A stretch of 64,000 nucleotides of DNA from Thermoplasmata archaeon (GCA_021792255.1 JAJYUZ010000004.1:32001-96000); one strand, 5' to 3'; numbered from the stretch's first letter, positions 22,425-32,982 are shown. The notes: generated by a model not told the origin, from the letters alone. Translations and numbers: made by a program.

Positions 22425-23984
22425 ATGAGAACCAGGCCAAGTACATTCTCAAAGAAGGGAGTGGTATCATCTGCTAGCATTCAGTCGTCGATCGCTGGAG
22501 CAAAAGTGCTTGAATCTGGGGGAAACATCGTTGACGCTGCGATCGCCACCAGCGCGGTATTGTGCGTCACGCAGAATAATATGTGCGGGTTGGGTGGAGA
22601 CACATTTCTTCTGTTAAAATTCAATGAAAAGCCAGTCATAGATCTCAATGGTAGCGGGAGGGCATTCAACAGTGTATCTATTGAACGGTTCACTAATAAT
22701 GACATGAAAAATATTCCAACGAAAGGAAAAGATTCAGTTTTGACAGTTCCAGGTCTCGTCAGGGCTTGGGAGGACCTTCACAAGAGATATGGGACCAAAG
22801 AAGTCAAGGACTTGTTAAATCCCGCATACGAGTACGCAAAGAATGGGTTTCCCATCACTCAAAACTACTCCGAATCGATAGAACTGAGTTCAAACCATTT
22901 GAGAGAATTTGCAAACTGGAGGGAAATATTCGTAAAAGATGGTTCTTTCCCTCTTCCCGGCACTATATTTAGACAGGAAGATCTAGCGAACACCATAGAG
23001 TCGCTGATTTCTGACGGGCTATCGTCATTCTACGAAGGCAATCTAGCAGACAAAACAATTCAAGGTCTCAACAAACTAGGTGTTGATATTTCTTCGGATG
23101 ATCTTAGCAAACACGAATCCACCTTTCAGGAACCACTCAAGACACAATTCAACGGGTTCGATGTTTATGAAACCGCTCCGAACAGTCAAGCAGCAACCGT
23201 GATCCTGTGGCTAAATATGCTGAGTTTTAAACAACCAGACCTTACTCTAGAGGATATTTTGACAACAGGGTACATCGCATATTCTCAAAGGGATAAATTC
23301 ATTGCAGACCCTGCATTCTTTCCATTACCAGGAAATTTCATCACGATGGAGCACGCTAAAGAGATATCTGAAGATAACAAATTCCCCAAGATCGCGGGTA
23401 ACAAAGCTGGAGACAGAGGGGATACAACCTATTTTTCGATTACAGACACGGAAGAAAACAGTATTTCGATGATTCAAAGCAACTACATGGGGTTTGGTTC
23501 AGGCATCGTTCCCAAGGGTACAGGCTTCGTTATGCAAAACAGAGGTAACTACTTCAGTTTGGATCCAAAGCATCACAATGCCCTGAGGCCAGGAAAACGG
23601 ACCTTTCATACGTTGTGTGCCGGGATGCTAGAAGATGAATCAGGATATCTTGCTTCAATTGGATCGATGGGTGGCGATATTCAGCCTCAACTTCACGTTC
23701 AACTGATCCTCGGACTGATGAAGCAGCAGGAGGATCCACAGGCGGTGATTGATACACCAAGATGGGCTTTCCCTTATACTATTTATGATAAACCTGCCAC
23801 TTTTCTCGTCGAATCAAAAATTTACTCGAATGATATCAAGAAGACTTTTCCAGACAGGGGATTAAAAAACATAGGATTCTCAACACAGCTTGGAAATGCA
23901 CACATAACGGCAAGGCTGAAGAACGGAGTGGTCGTCGGTGGGTCGGATCCGAGAGGCGATGGGATTTCCATACCCGCGACCTAG
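22425..23984 (+). CDS. ggt: gamma-glutamyltransferase family Ntn hydrolase
   Basis: GGNIVDAAIA, CGLGGD, GD/TT autocleavage site, QNRG, PGKRTFHT, SDPRGDG. Confidence 0.93.
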   Translation: MRTRPSTFSKKGVVSSASIQSSIAGAKVLESGGNIVDAAIATSAVLCVTQNNMCGLGGDTFLLLKFNEKPVIDLNGSGRAFNSVSIERFTNNDMKNIPTKGKDSVLTVPGLVRAWEDLHKRYGTKEVKDLLNPAYEYAKNGFPITQNYSESIELSSNHLREFANWREIFVKDGSFPLPGTIFRQEDLANTIESLISDGLSSFYEGNLADKTIQGLNKLGVDISSDDLSKHESTFQEPLKTQFNGFDVYETAPNSQAATVILWLNMLSFKQPDLTLEDILTTGYIAYSQRDKFIADPAFFPLPGNFITMEHAKEISEDNKFPKIAGNKAGDRGDTTYFSITDTEENSISMIQSNYMGFGSGIVPKGTGFVMQNRGNYFSLDPKHHNALRPGKRTFHTLCAGMLEDESGYLASIGSMGGDIQPQLHVQLILGLMKQQEDPQAVIDTPRWAFPYTIYDKPATFLVESKIYSNDIKKTFPDRGLKNIGFSTQLGNAHITARLKNGVVVGGSDPRGDGISIPAT

Positions 23985-24162
23985 GTAGATCGGAAAAGGC
24001 GAACTGAGCCTAAGAAAAATGTCCTTAATTCTCCAAAATTAGTCCGGTTGGGTCCCACTACTTTCTCACAAACCCTTAGCTCTGTGCAGAATTCAAGGAG
24101 GCTTTCGGGAAAGGATCTTCCGAATTAGCAAATTAGATATATTTGAGACCATTGCTTTTCCT

Positions 24163-26118
24163 ATGCTGATCAGGCTGCAGACTAAGGAAATGCAAAAGGA
24201 GATGAACTTTGAGAAGGGTAAAAAGGCGATCGATATTCTGAAGTCATTCGGTTCTCTCACAGCAACGACGGTCGCAGCCAAATTCAATGGTGAATTGATA
24301 GATCTTGAAAGGGAAATCGGAGGAGATGGTGAGATCTCGCCAATAGACTCGAACAGCCCAGACGGGCTTCACATACTGAGACACTCCGGAGCTCACCTTC
24401 TGGCCCAGGCGGTCACCGAATTATATCCAAATGCGAAGCCAGTAATAGGTCCAGTCACAGAAGATCCTCCAGGATTCTACTATGACATCAGGATGGAGGC
24501 CCTAAACGAAGGGGATATTACAAAAATAGAGGAGAAGATGAGGGAGTTGGCCCACAAGAATTACAAAATCGATAGAAGGGAACTCTCAAAGAATGACCTC
24601 GTAGAACTTTTCAGGTCTAACCCTTACAAAGTTGAGCTGATCCGGGAAAACGTCCCTGACGGTGCCAGTTCTTCCGTTTACGTTCAAGGAGATTTCACAG
24701 ATTTTTGCCGCGGACCACACGTTCCGTCAACAAACTATGTCAACGCTTTCAAATTGCTTTCCACATCGACGGCTTACTGGAGAGGAAAGGAGGAAAACGA
24801 TAGTCTGGTCAGAATTTACGGGACGGCCTTCCCCACGATGGACGCGCTCAAAGATTATTTAAGGATGACCGAAGAAGCAAAGAAAAGAGACCACAGAAAG
24901 CTGGGTACGGAATTAGATCTGTTTGTGATGAGACCCGAATACGGACCCGCTTTCCCACTTTACACTCCAAAGGGAACCATACTCAGAAACGAACTCATCG
25001 GGTTTATGAAGGAGCTCAATAAGAAATATGGGTGGGAAGAAATCTGGACCCCTCACGCATTCAAGACCACCCTGTGGCAGAAATCCGGTCATATGGCACA
25101 TTATCAAGAAAATATGTTCCTTATGGAAATAGAGAAGGAGCAGTACGGTATGAAACCGATGAACTGTCCGGGTCATATTCTATTGTTCCAGAGGAAATCC
25201 TGGAGTTATAGAGATCTACCAATACGATTTAGCGAGTTCGGAACGGTATACAGATACGAACGTTCTGGAGTTACGAGCGGATTGCTGAGAGTCAGGTCCA
25301 TGACCCAAGATGATGGGCACGCATTTGTACGGGCAGATCAGATAGAATCTGAAGTCGGAAACCTTCTGGACATGGTCACTGAGGTGTTCATCAATACCTT
25401 CAGAATATCCGAGGTAAAATACAAGCTGAGCACGAGAGACGAAAAGAACAAAGAGAAGTACACGGGTTCAACAGAAATCTGGGAGAGAGCTACTACAGCA
25501 CTTAAAGGAGCTCTGGATAAGAGAAATCTGAACTACGACGTCAAGGAAGGGGAAGCAGCATTTTATGGTCCGAAAATAGACGTGGATGTCAGGGATGCCC
25601 TTGGAAGGTACTGGCAGCTATCGACGATACAGTTGGATTTCTTTATGGCAGACAAAGATCACTTTGACCTCAAATACATAGACGAAAATAATCAACCCCA
25701 ACAGCCAATCATGATTCACAGAGCAATATTTGGAACGCTTGACAGATTCCTTGGAGTCATAATTGAACACTTTGCTGGCTCTTTTCCACCCTGGCTTTCT
25801 CCGGTGCAGGTCAGAGTCCTTAACATTTCCGAAGGAAACAAAGCATACGGAGAAGAAGTCCACAGCAATCTACTGAATAGAGGAATAAGGGCAGAGGGGG
25901 ACTTTTCGGGGGACACGATCAACAAGAAGATCAGAACTGCCCATGGCAGCAAGATACCGTACTTGATTATCGTGGGGGACAAAGAAGCGTCTGAAAAGAA
26001 GATTTCTGTAAGGGACAGGAAGGACAAGCAGAAGAACATGATCGATCTTAATGTGTTCATAGAGAACATTGAAATCGAGATCAAGAGGAAGGATCCTGAG
26101 CTGAACATCTGTAAGTGA
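24163..26118 (+). CDS. thrS: threonine--tRNA ligase (bacterial-type with TGS/SAD editing domain)
   Basis: RHSGAH, DFCRGPH, RDHRKLG, KPMNCPGH, AFYGPKID, IHRAIFG. Confidence 0.97.
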   Translation: MLIRLQTKEMQKEMNFEKGKKAIDILKSFGSLTATTVAAKFNGELIDLEREIGGDGEISPIDSNSPDGLHILRHSGAHLLAQAVTELYPNAKPVIGPVTEDPPGFYYDIRMEALNEGDITKIEEKMRELAHKNYKIDRRELSKNDLVELFRSNPYKVELIRENVPDGASSSVYVQGDFTDFCRGPHVPSTNYVNAFKLLSTSTAYWRGKEENDSLVRIYGTAFPTMDALKDYLRMTEEAKKRDHRKLGTELDLFVMRPEYGPAFPLYTPKGTILRNELIGFMKELNKKYGWEEIWTPHAFKTTLWQKSGHMAHYQENMFLMEIEKEQYGMKPMNCPGHILLFQRKSWSYRDLPIRFSEFGTVYRYERSGVTSGLLRVRSMTQDDGHAFVRADQIESEVGNLLDMVTEVFINTFRISEVKYKLSTRDEKNKEKYTGSTEIWERATTALKGALDKRNLNYDVKEGEAAFYGPKIDVDVRDALGRYWQLSTIQLDFFMADKDHFDLKYIDENNQPQQPIMIHRAIFGTLDRFLGVIIEHFAGSFPPWLSPVQVRVLNISEGNKAYGEEVHSNLLNRGIRAEGDFSGDTINKKIRTAHGSKIPYLIIVGDKEASEKKISVRDRKDKQKNMIDLNVFIENIEIEIKRKDPELNICK

Positions 26119-26249
26119 GCTATCTGCCATTTTCCGGCATTCCGTCTCAGAACTCTGAACTTCTTCTTGGATGAATTCACGAATCCAAAATTAAGAGAGC
26201 CAAAGACAGTGGTTTTGTAGAAGAAGTTAATTCCATCTCAGGTGATCCC

Positions 26250-27572
26250 TTGAATCTCGATGAACAGATTTATGAATACAGCACGGGCATTGATGCTCTT
26301 CTAAAGGATAGTTCTACCAGGGAAGAATTGAAGAAGCGAATCGTGGACTCACTTTTTGTATCTTACGGTGCTAGGGACTCAGAGGCTGTCAGGTTATCTA
26401 AGAGGGGACTCTTGCCATCATCTGGTAAGATGAACGCCCCGATCTACTTTGACAAGCGAACCGCTTCTGTCGACATAGCCACTTATCTAAATGGTTGCAT
26501 GACCAGGTATCTCGACTACAATGATACATATCTTTCAAAAGAAGCGCTTCATCCTTCAGATAATATACCTCCAATTTTGAGCTACGCGTACTCTTTGGGT
26601 GAAAGTGGTTTGCAAGTTCTCAGAGCTCTTGCTACGTCTTATCAAGTAGTGGGTGCATTTGCTGATGCATTTTCTATCAGGGACCGGGGGTGGGATCACG
26701 TGACATATATTTCCATCTCTTCAGCCGCGGGATTGGGAGTATTGAATGGTTTTGACAAGTCCAAGTTCATCAACACGCTAAATCTGGCTATAAACAACAA
26801 CATTTCACTTCGTCAGACAAGAGCCGGCGAGTTGAGCATGTGGAAAGGATGCACGGCAGCAAATGCAACGCGCAATTCCGTCTTTGCATCTCTTCTTGCT
26901 AACGAAGGATTTACTGGTCCATCACCAATATTTGAAGGGGAAATGGGGTTCTTCAAGCAGGTCACAGGTAACGTCAGTATCGATCTAAAAAATAACAGAA
27001 TCCTCAGGACGATGATCAAGAATTTTCCGGTTGAATATCACGCAATGAGTGCTGTTGAATCCGCTTTGTGGATAAAAGATCGGTTGAACGGGGAAATGAT
27101 AAATAGCGTAAAGGTCGACACATTTTCGGTAGCGCAAAAGATCATAGTGAAGGACCCAGAAAAGTTAAGACCAAAAACAAAGGAAACTGCGGACCACAGT
27201 TTACCATACATCATTGCCTACACACTCCTCTATGGTGAACCAGATTTAACTTCGTTCGATTCTAGATTCCTGAACGATCCATTGATCTTGAAACTGATAG
27301 ACAAGATGACTTTCAACGTGACAGAAGAATATGATGCTCTGTATCCAGAGTATCTGCCAGTAAAAATATCAGTAAGTACGAAAGCTGGTAGCTTGGATAA
27401 AGAAGTCAAGGTTCCGAAAGGTCATTTCAAGAATCCCTTCGACTGGAAAGACCTCGAGAACAAGGGATTCAAGGTAATGAAAAACAAAGAAAAGGTGAGG
27501 GAAATCATCGAAATTGGTCAGAAATTTGAAAATTCCTCGAGTAGGGACCTGTTTGATTTAGTCCATTCGTGA
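26250..27572 (+). CDS. prpD: MmgE/PrpD family 2-methylcitrate dehydratase
   Basis: RYLDYNDT, HPSDN, GWDH, LRQTRAGELSMWKG, ETADHSLPY. Confidence 0.9.
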   Translation: MNLDEQIYEYSTGIDALLKDSSTREELKKRIVDSLFVSYGARDSEAVRLSKRGLLPSSGKMNAPIYFDKRTASVDIATYLNGCMTRYLDYNDTYLSKEALHPSDNIPPILSYAYSLGESGLQVLRALATSYQVVGAFADAFSIRDRGWDHVTYISISSAAGLGVLNGFDKSKFINTLNLAINNNISLRQTRAGELSMWKGCTAANATRNSVFASLLANEGFTGPSPIFEGEMGFFKQVTGNVSIDLKNNRILRTMIKNFPVEYHAMSAVESALWIKDRLNGEMINSVKVDTFSVAQKIIVKDPEKLRPKTKETADHSLPYIIAYTLLYGEPDLTSFDSRFLNDPLILKLIDKMTFNVTEEYDALYPEYLPVKISVSTKAGSLDKEVKVPKGHFKNPFDWKDLENKGFKVMKNKEKVREIIEIGQKFENSSSRDLFDLVHS

Positions 27573-27634
27573 GTACCACAGTGTCATAGGAAAATTCGTG
27601 AATGAATTTAATAACATGTGAATCATATTATGCT

Positions 27635-28063
27635 ATGCCTGATGCTCTTTTGTTTCCCTCAGAAGAATGGGTAAAGGAATATTGCAAACGGCTCTGCGAA
27701 TCCCCGGACTACAATAAAACTGGGAAAGGTTGGAAAGACCCGATCAAGTTCAAAATGACGGAAATGGGCGATTTGAAGGGAGGAACCTCTTTTGATTCTT
27801 TCATCCTTAATCTTCACGACGGCAAGTGTGATGGATCTGAGATGGTAACTGACCCTGAAAAAACTTCACCGTTTGAGCTGACCGCGACGTACGCTAACTG
27901 GAAGAAAATTATAAGTGGAAAGATAAATCCCACTCAAGCGATGTTGACTGGACAGATGAAAGTGAAAGGGAATATCGCTCTGCTTTTGAGGTATGCATCT
28001 GCTGCAATAGCAATGGTCAAGACAGCTCAGACAATTCCAACTAAGTACCTCGGAGAAGAATGA
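27635..28063 (+). CDS. SCP2 sterol/lipid-binding domain protein (copy 1)
   Basis: FPSEEW...WKKIISGKINPTQAMLTGQMKVKGN. Confidence 0.9.
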   Translation: MPDALLFPSEEWVKEYCKRLCESPDYNKTGKGWKDPIKFKMTEMGDLKGGTSFDSFILNLHDGKCDGSEMVTDPEKTSPFELTATYANWKKIISGKINPTQAMLTGQMKVKGNIALLLRYASAAIAMVKTAQTIPTKYLGEE

Positions 28064-29175
28064 GTCTATTTCAGTTTCCAAGAACTATATATTTTCAGCG
28101 CGACATTTTTGACAGTTTAGGGGACATATTACAGAAGGAAGGGATAAGAAGAGTACTTATTGTGAGTGATAAAATAATAATGGGATTTATTGGAAACAGG
28201 CTAGAAAAGACCCTAGCCCCAATCGAACGAGAACTTTTCGTCGATGTCACTCCTGAGCCGACGATAAGGCAGATTCAAAATGCCTTAACCGCTCTCAAAG
28301 GAAGACATTATGACGCAGTCCTTGCAATAGGAGGAGGAAGCGTCATTGACTTCTCCAAAGCCTTAGCCGTATTGATATCAAATCCAGGGGCCGATTTGAG
28401 TACTATAAGTCCATTCGAAGTCATTAATCTCAAGACTAAGCTAATCGCTATTCCGACAACTTCCGGAACAGGGAGCGATGTCTCATTCGGAGTTGTTCTG
28501 ACCGATGACGAAGGCAAACTGGCACTTGGCAACTACGCACTTGTTCCAGAAATAGACATCCTAGACTCCTCCCTAGCCCCTACAGACAAGAAGATTACGG
28601 CTGCGACCGGAATAGATGCATTTGTCCATTCCTTTGAAGCTATTGCATCAAATACGTCTACGGTGTTTACGGACGCACTTGCAGAGAGGGCAATCGAAAC
28701 GATTTTTCATAACCTAAAGAGAGCAATGGAAAACGAGGAAAATGCAAAGGATTTAATGCATATTTCTGCAACAATGGCCGGAATGGCTTTTTCAAATAGT
28801 GGGACAGCATCGGCCCATGCTCTAGGTCACAGTTTTGGAGCCACATTCCACATAACTCATGGAACTTCAGTTGGTCTGTTCCTTATTCCTTCCATACTTT
28901 TCAATTCACAGAATCAGGAGGCGAAGGAGAAATATTTGAGAGTATGCAGGATCCTAAATGTTAACGACATCGAAGGGCTTATCGAAGAGATAACGAAATT
29001 CTTTAAAGATGTGGGTCAGCCGTGTCGAGTAAGAGATCTAGGAATCGACAGACAGGTCTATGCATCAAAAATTGAGCAGCTCATCTCTCTTTCCATGAGG
29101 GACAGCGAGCTTGCGTTCAATCCAGTTCTAGCAGGAGAAGATGATCTCAGAAAGATTTTTACAGAAACCTACTGA
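28060..29175 (+). CDS. iron-containing alcohol dehydrogenase
   Basis: AIGGGSVIDFSK, IPTTSGTGS, GIDAFVHSFE, AHALGH, HGTSVG. Confidence 0.93.
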   Translation: MSLFQFPRTIYFQRDIFDSLGDILQKEGIRRVLIVSDKIIMGFIGNRLEKTLAPIERELFVDVTPEPTIRQIQNALTALKGRHYDAVLAIGGGSVIDFSKALAVLISNPGADLSTISPFEVINLKTKLIAIPTTSGTGSDVSFGVVLTDDEGKLALGNYALVPEIDILDSSLAPTDKKITAATGIDAFVHSFEAIASNTSTVFTDALAERAIETIFHNLKRAMENEENAKDLMHISATMAGMAFSNSGTASAHALGHSFGATFHITHGTSVGLFLIPSILFNSQNQEAKEKYLRVCRILNVNDIEGLIEEITKFFKDVGQPCRVRDLGIDRQVYASKIEQLISLSMRDSELAFNPVLAGEDDLRKIFTETY

Positions 29176-29179
29176 GTAT

Positions 29180-30055
29180 TTATGATACTATGAAATTGAC
29201 TCCCTTCTGCATCACATTAACCGTTATAGGCGACGTTCCCACCACTTCTCCATCCATTTCAACTAGGTTTCCCTTTTCAGTAAAACGGATCGATTTTACT
29301 TTACTTTCGAATGAAAAATTCTTCTCTATGTAACTTCCGTTCATCAGGTTCCTTAAGCGGAGTATAGTCGTAAGTCTGGACACTGGTTTCAGAATGTGAA
29401 CATCAAGAATTCCATCACTCAAGATGGAGTGAGGTGATGCCAGCATCCCGCCTCCGAAGTACTTTCCATTAGCAACGATAACTTCTATCGTCTCCAAGTC
29501 TTTCTGATCCCCATTTTCTATTCCGGGCTTGAATCTCTTAAGTTTTCGGACGGTGGAAAGAATTCCACGAACAAATGTATACCGACCTCCCTTGGGGTGC
29601 GAATTGACGTATCTCATCACTTCTGCTCCGAATCCTATCTCCAGAACGTTTATGAAGACTCTACTCTTGCCAGTCTCTTCAAAGGTGACGTTCGGTACAT
29701 CAATTCTTTCAACCTTATTTGCTTTCAACGTGCTTATCGACTCTTCCACGCTCCTGACTCCAATCGACTTTCCAAAATCAGAACCTGTTCCAAGAGGTAT
29801 CAATCCAACCTTGATCTCGGAACCTGCCAAACCATTGATCACCTCGTTTAGTGTCCCGTCTCCTCCGCAAGAAACTATGGCATCGTATCCCTTAAGGACG
29901 GCATTCCTCGCTATCTCAGTCGCTTGCAACGATCTCTGGGTAAATTCGACATCATATTCTGAGAAATTTTCTTGTATCAATTTTGCTATTGCTGGCCACT
30001 CCTTTTCTGCCTTCCCCTTCCCAGCGGCGGGGTTGACTATGAATAAAATGCTCAC
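29180..30055 (-). CDS. diacylglycerol kinase catalytic-domain lipid kinase (YegS/DgkB/sphingosine kinase family)
   Basis: IVNPAAGKG, GGDGTLNEVINGL, IPLGTGSDF, NGKYFGGG, DGEV. Confidence 0.93.
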   Translation of the reverse strand: MSILFIVNPAAGKGKAEKEWPAIAKLIQENFSEYDVEFTQRSLQATEIARNAVLKGYDAIVSCGGDGTLNEVINGLAGSEIKVGLIPLGTGSDFGKSIGVRSVEESISTLKANKVERIDVPNVTFEETGKSRVFINVLEIGFGAEVMRYVNSHPKGGRYTFVRGILSTVRKLKRFKPGIENGDQKDLETIEVIVANGKYFGGGMLASPHSILSDGILDVHILKPVSRLTTILRLRNLMNGSYIEKNFSFESKVKSIRFTEKGNLVEMDGEVVGTSPITVNVMQKGVNFIVS

Positions 30056-30099
30056 AGACTTAAAATATCCCTGAAATTAAATGTTATCCGATGGTCTTG

Positions 30100-31668
30100 T
30101 CACTTTTTGTCAAGGATTCCAGGAACGAGCGAATTCTTTGGATCGAAATATGACTTGACCGTTCTAGTCAGGTCATACATAGTACCCTTGTATTCCTGAA
30201 GGTACTTGGACTGCAAATTTCCAATGCCGTGATGGTGCGAGATAGACCCACCCTTCGCCAATATGTTTTCCATTATTCCATCTCGGACTTGATTCAGAAT
30301 AGCTTCCCTGTTGTCTTGTGAATAGAAGAGAAACGTGAAGTAGAGAGCGGATCCAGTAACGTACTGATGAGAAGAATGACACAAGATCATTCCCTTTATC
30401 CCCAGTGTCTCTATGATTTCACTAAATCTCTTCCTGGTAGAGTTGTGGATTTCATCCAGTCTACCCCATTCTGCAGATGTCTCGATGGTCTCTGCCACTA
30501 TTCCTCTCTTAAGCAATTCGTTGTACATCAGGGGTCGTGAATACCTCTCCTTGTTCCAGTATTTCGCTGGGAGAGATCCAAGACTAATGCTGCTTTCAAA
30601 CTTGATCTCTTCCTTCCGGTCGCTGACAGCTATAAGTATTGCCCCTCGCTGATCGTGCATTCTGAGGGCCACGTACTTCTTGAATGCATTGTTGAGGAAT
30701 GTGTCTTCAATCCCAATCATCGAAAGTTCAGTTTCATCCTCATCCGACAATCTGGTTATGATCGGCACTTCTCCTTCTGTAAATTTCTTTCTTAGCGCTT
30801 CCAGTCCATCGCTAAACGACTCAAACATTTGTGCCCTGTAAAAGAGCTGTTTTGGCTTCTTCTGAACCTTCACCCAAGCTCTTGTGACAATGCCGAAGCT
30901 GCCTTCGCTACCAACAGCTAAATCAAATAACTTGAAGAAAGCTGATTCGCCAGGGACTATCCTGTCCTGGTAGGTTCCGGTTGGAGCTTCCATCCTCACA
31001 CCCAGCACCATCTCTTTCACTTTTCCATATCTGTTTGATTCCTGTCCAGCTGCATTGGTTCCAATCCAGCCGCCGAGTGTAGAAAAATGAAAAGATTCAG
31101 GAAAATTTCCGAGAGTCAGTCCGTACTTTTCAAGCTCTTCTTCGATCTTTGGACCTTTCACTCCACCTCCGGCCTCTAGAACATTGTTGTTTCGGTCGAT
31201 CATTAAATAGTCTAGTTTGGACAAGTCAAGACTCACAGAGAATTTTTTTCTGCCCGTTGGGGTGATACCTCCGGTCACTGAAGTGCCTCCTCCAAAGGGA
31301 ATGATCTCTATTTGGTCGTCTGCCTTCCTAAGTAAACATTTTATCTCCTCCTCTACAGGATAGACGACAGCGTCCACGGTCTTGATTGGTTGCACTTCCA
31401 TCAACCTGATATAATCTAGACCTCCTCTCCCAACTGAATGTTTTAGTCTGTCCATTTCGTCAAATTTCACGTTATCTGGTGAAACGCAGGAGTACAAAAT
31501 TTCCTTGAGTTCTGATGAAACAGGAAGGGGATCAATGTTCCTATATCCAGACCAGATGATCTTATCCTCACCTAGACCAACCTTTCGTCTGATATAGGTC
31601 AAAAGGGGCTTACTCATATCGTATTCTTTTTCACTATCTCCCCACAGGGTATACAACTGGCTGCCCAT
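30100..31668 (-). CDS. FAD-linked alkyl-dihydroxyacetonephosphate synthase-like oxidoreductase
   Basis: PFGGGTSVTGG, FPESFHFSTLGGW, GSEGSFGIVT, ETIETS, CHSSHQYVTGSALYF, ISHHHGIG (AGPS-type HHH). Confidence 0.85.
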   Translation of the reverse strand: MGSQLYTLWGDSEKEYDMSKPLLTYIRRKVGLGEDKIIWSGYRNIDPLPVSSELKEILYSCVSPDNVKFDEMDRLKHSVGRGGLDYIRLMEVQPIKTVDAVVYPVEEEIKCLLRKADDQIEIIPFGGGTSVTGGITPTGRKKFSVSLDLSKLDYLMIDRNNNVLEAGGGVKGPKIEEELEKYGLTLGNFPESFHFSTLGGWIGTNAAGQESNRYGKVKEMVLGVRMEAPTGTYQDRIVPGESAFFKLFDLAVGSEGSFGIVTRAWVKVQKKPKQLFYRAQMFESFSDGLEALRKKFTEGEVPIITRLSDEDETELSMIGIEDTFLNNAFKKYVALRMHDQRGAILIAVSDRKEEIKFESSISLGSLPAKYWNKERYSRPLMYNELLKRGIVAETIETSAEWGRLDEIHNSTRKRFSEIIETLGIKGMILCHSSHQYVTGSALYFTFLFYSQDNREAILNQVRDGIMENILAKGGSISHHHGIGNLQSKYLQEYKGTMYDLTRTVKSYFDPKNSLVPGILDKK

Positions 31669-31763
31669 GAATAGATAAGAGTGTCAGCTTATATTTCAGT
31701 TTCTGGACTAGAAAATTTTAACTGAAACGGATGAAACCTTCCAAAAGACGAGTCTTTTATTGG

Positions 31764-31778
31764 AAAACTGGTAAATAT
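31764..31778 (+). promoter_or_regulatory. BRE/TATA-like promoter of the zinc-finger microprotein
   Basis: A-rich BRE-like element followed by TAAATAT, 27 nt before ATG 31806 (leaderless spacing). Confidence 0.45.
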
Positions 31779-31805
31779 CTGACCGTCATTTACAACAGAC
31801 AAGTT

Positions 31806-31895
31806 ATGCCATGTAAGTGCAAGACGTGCGGAGAAATGTTTCCGAGTGCTAAGCAGAGAGATGCTCACGCGGCTAAGTCCCATGCCAAAAAGTAA
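31806..31895 (+). CDS. 29-aa single C2H2 zinc-finger microprotein
   Basis: Below the ORF-track cutoff; MPCKCKTCGEMFPSAKQRDAHAAKSHAKK = C-x2-C-x3-F-x8-H-x4-H. Confidence 0.8.
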   Translation: MPCKCKTCGEMFPSAKQRDAHAAKSHAKK

Positions 31896-32040
31896 CTTCG
31901 CCGCGCAGTCCCATGTCGACTCTGAAAATGACTGGATTAGGCAGGGAACTGACCTGTAATTAGGCTAGTCCGATCGACACGACATTCTGAGAGTAAATAA
32001 TCAAACTAATGACAAAGAATTTGTACCTCTTTCTGAATGA

Positions 32041-32982
32041 TTGATAGTGAGATTCTTAACAGTTTTGCCTGAATTTATTCCATCTTCTTCCGTGAGAGAA
32101 ACTATCAACCAAATTTTGCCAGAGATGGAAATTGTCAACGGCTTGAACTTTGAAAAAAATGAAGCGGACGTTCTTGTGGCGACGACTTTCACGAGGCTGG
32201 GAAAAGAAGAATTGAGGAAATTTCCAAACCTAAAATATCTACAAATTGCTAGTACAGGATACGACAACGTCGATCTATCATATCTGAAAGAGAAGGGTAT
32301 AATGATTTGCAACGTTCCTGTGGCAAACAAACAAAGCGTTGCTGAACACGTCATAGCTTTTATGCTGATATTTTTGAAAGATATGCTCTTTCTGAACGCC
32401 GAGCTGAAGGAGAGAAAAAGTTGGCCTATTCTTACTGGTTCGAGGGACCTCGAAGGAAAGATGGTGGGGATACTCGGAATGGGAATGATAGGTACTCAAC
32501 TTGCGAGGAGACTCATTGCGTTCGGGCCTTCTCTTCTCTATTACGACCCGAGGAGGCTAAGTCTAGAAGATGAGGAAAAGTATGGCCTTAACTACGTTTC
32601 ATTCGAAGACCTGCTATCAAACTCTGACATAATTTCAGTTCACATGCCGTTGACACCTGCTACTAGTGGCATGTTCAACGAAGATACATTCTCCAAGATG
32701 AAAGACGGAGCGATATTTATTAACACTTCAAGAGGAGAAATTGTGGTCGAAAAGGCTTTAATAAGTGCAGTAAAAAAGAAAGGAATAAAGGCTGGAATAG
32801 ACGTATATGTCAAAGAACCTCCCGATTTTGATTCCGAACTCTTCAAGCTTGATAATGTGATTTGCTCCCCTCATATCGCAGGCGTGACTGCAGAAAGCCA
32901 GCAGAGATTTCTGACTGAAACGATTTCAAATGTACTCAGATATGCGCAGGGTATCGATCCGCTTTACAGGGTGGAACTTTGA
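32041..32982 (+). CDS. D-isomer-specific 2-hydroxyacid dehydrogenase
   Basis: STGYDNVD, VAEH, GILGMGMIG, FINTSRGEIV, DVYVKEPP, SPHIAG. Confidence 0.93.
   Translation: MIVRFLTVLPEFIPSSSVRETINQILPEMEIVNGLNFEKNEADVLVATTFTRLGKEELRKFPNLKYLQIASTGYDNVDLSYLKEKGIMICNVPVANKQSVAEHVIAFMLIFLKDMLFLNAELKERKSWPILTGSRDLEGKMVGILGMGMIGTQLARRLIAFGPSLLYYDPRRLSLEDEEKYGLNYVSFEDLLSNSDIISVHMPLTPATSGMFNEDTFSKMKDGAIFINTSRGEIVVEKALISAVKKKGIKAGIDVYVKEPPDFDSELFKLDNVICSPHIAGVTAESQQRFLTETISNVLRYAQGIDPLYRVEL

Noticed and set aside
22425-23984. GGT-family Ntn hydrolase as the missing ceramidase of the lipid cluster
   Set aside because: Separated from the cluster by thrS; acid ceramidases belong to a different Ntn family; no supporting evidence
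24163-26118. Bacterial-type ThrRS in an archaeon
   Set aside because: Already known for Thermoplasmatales and some other euryarchaea
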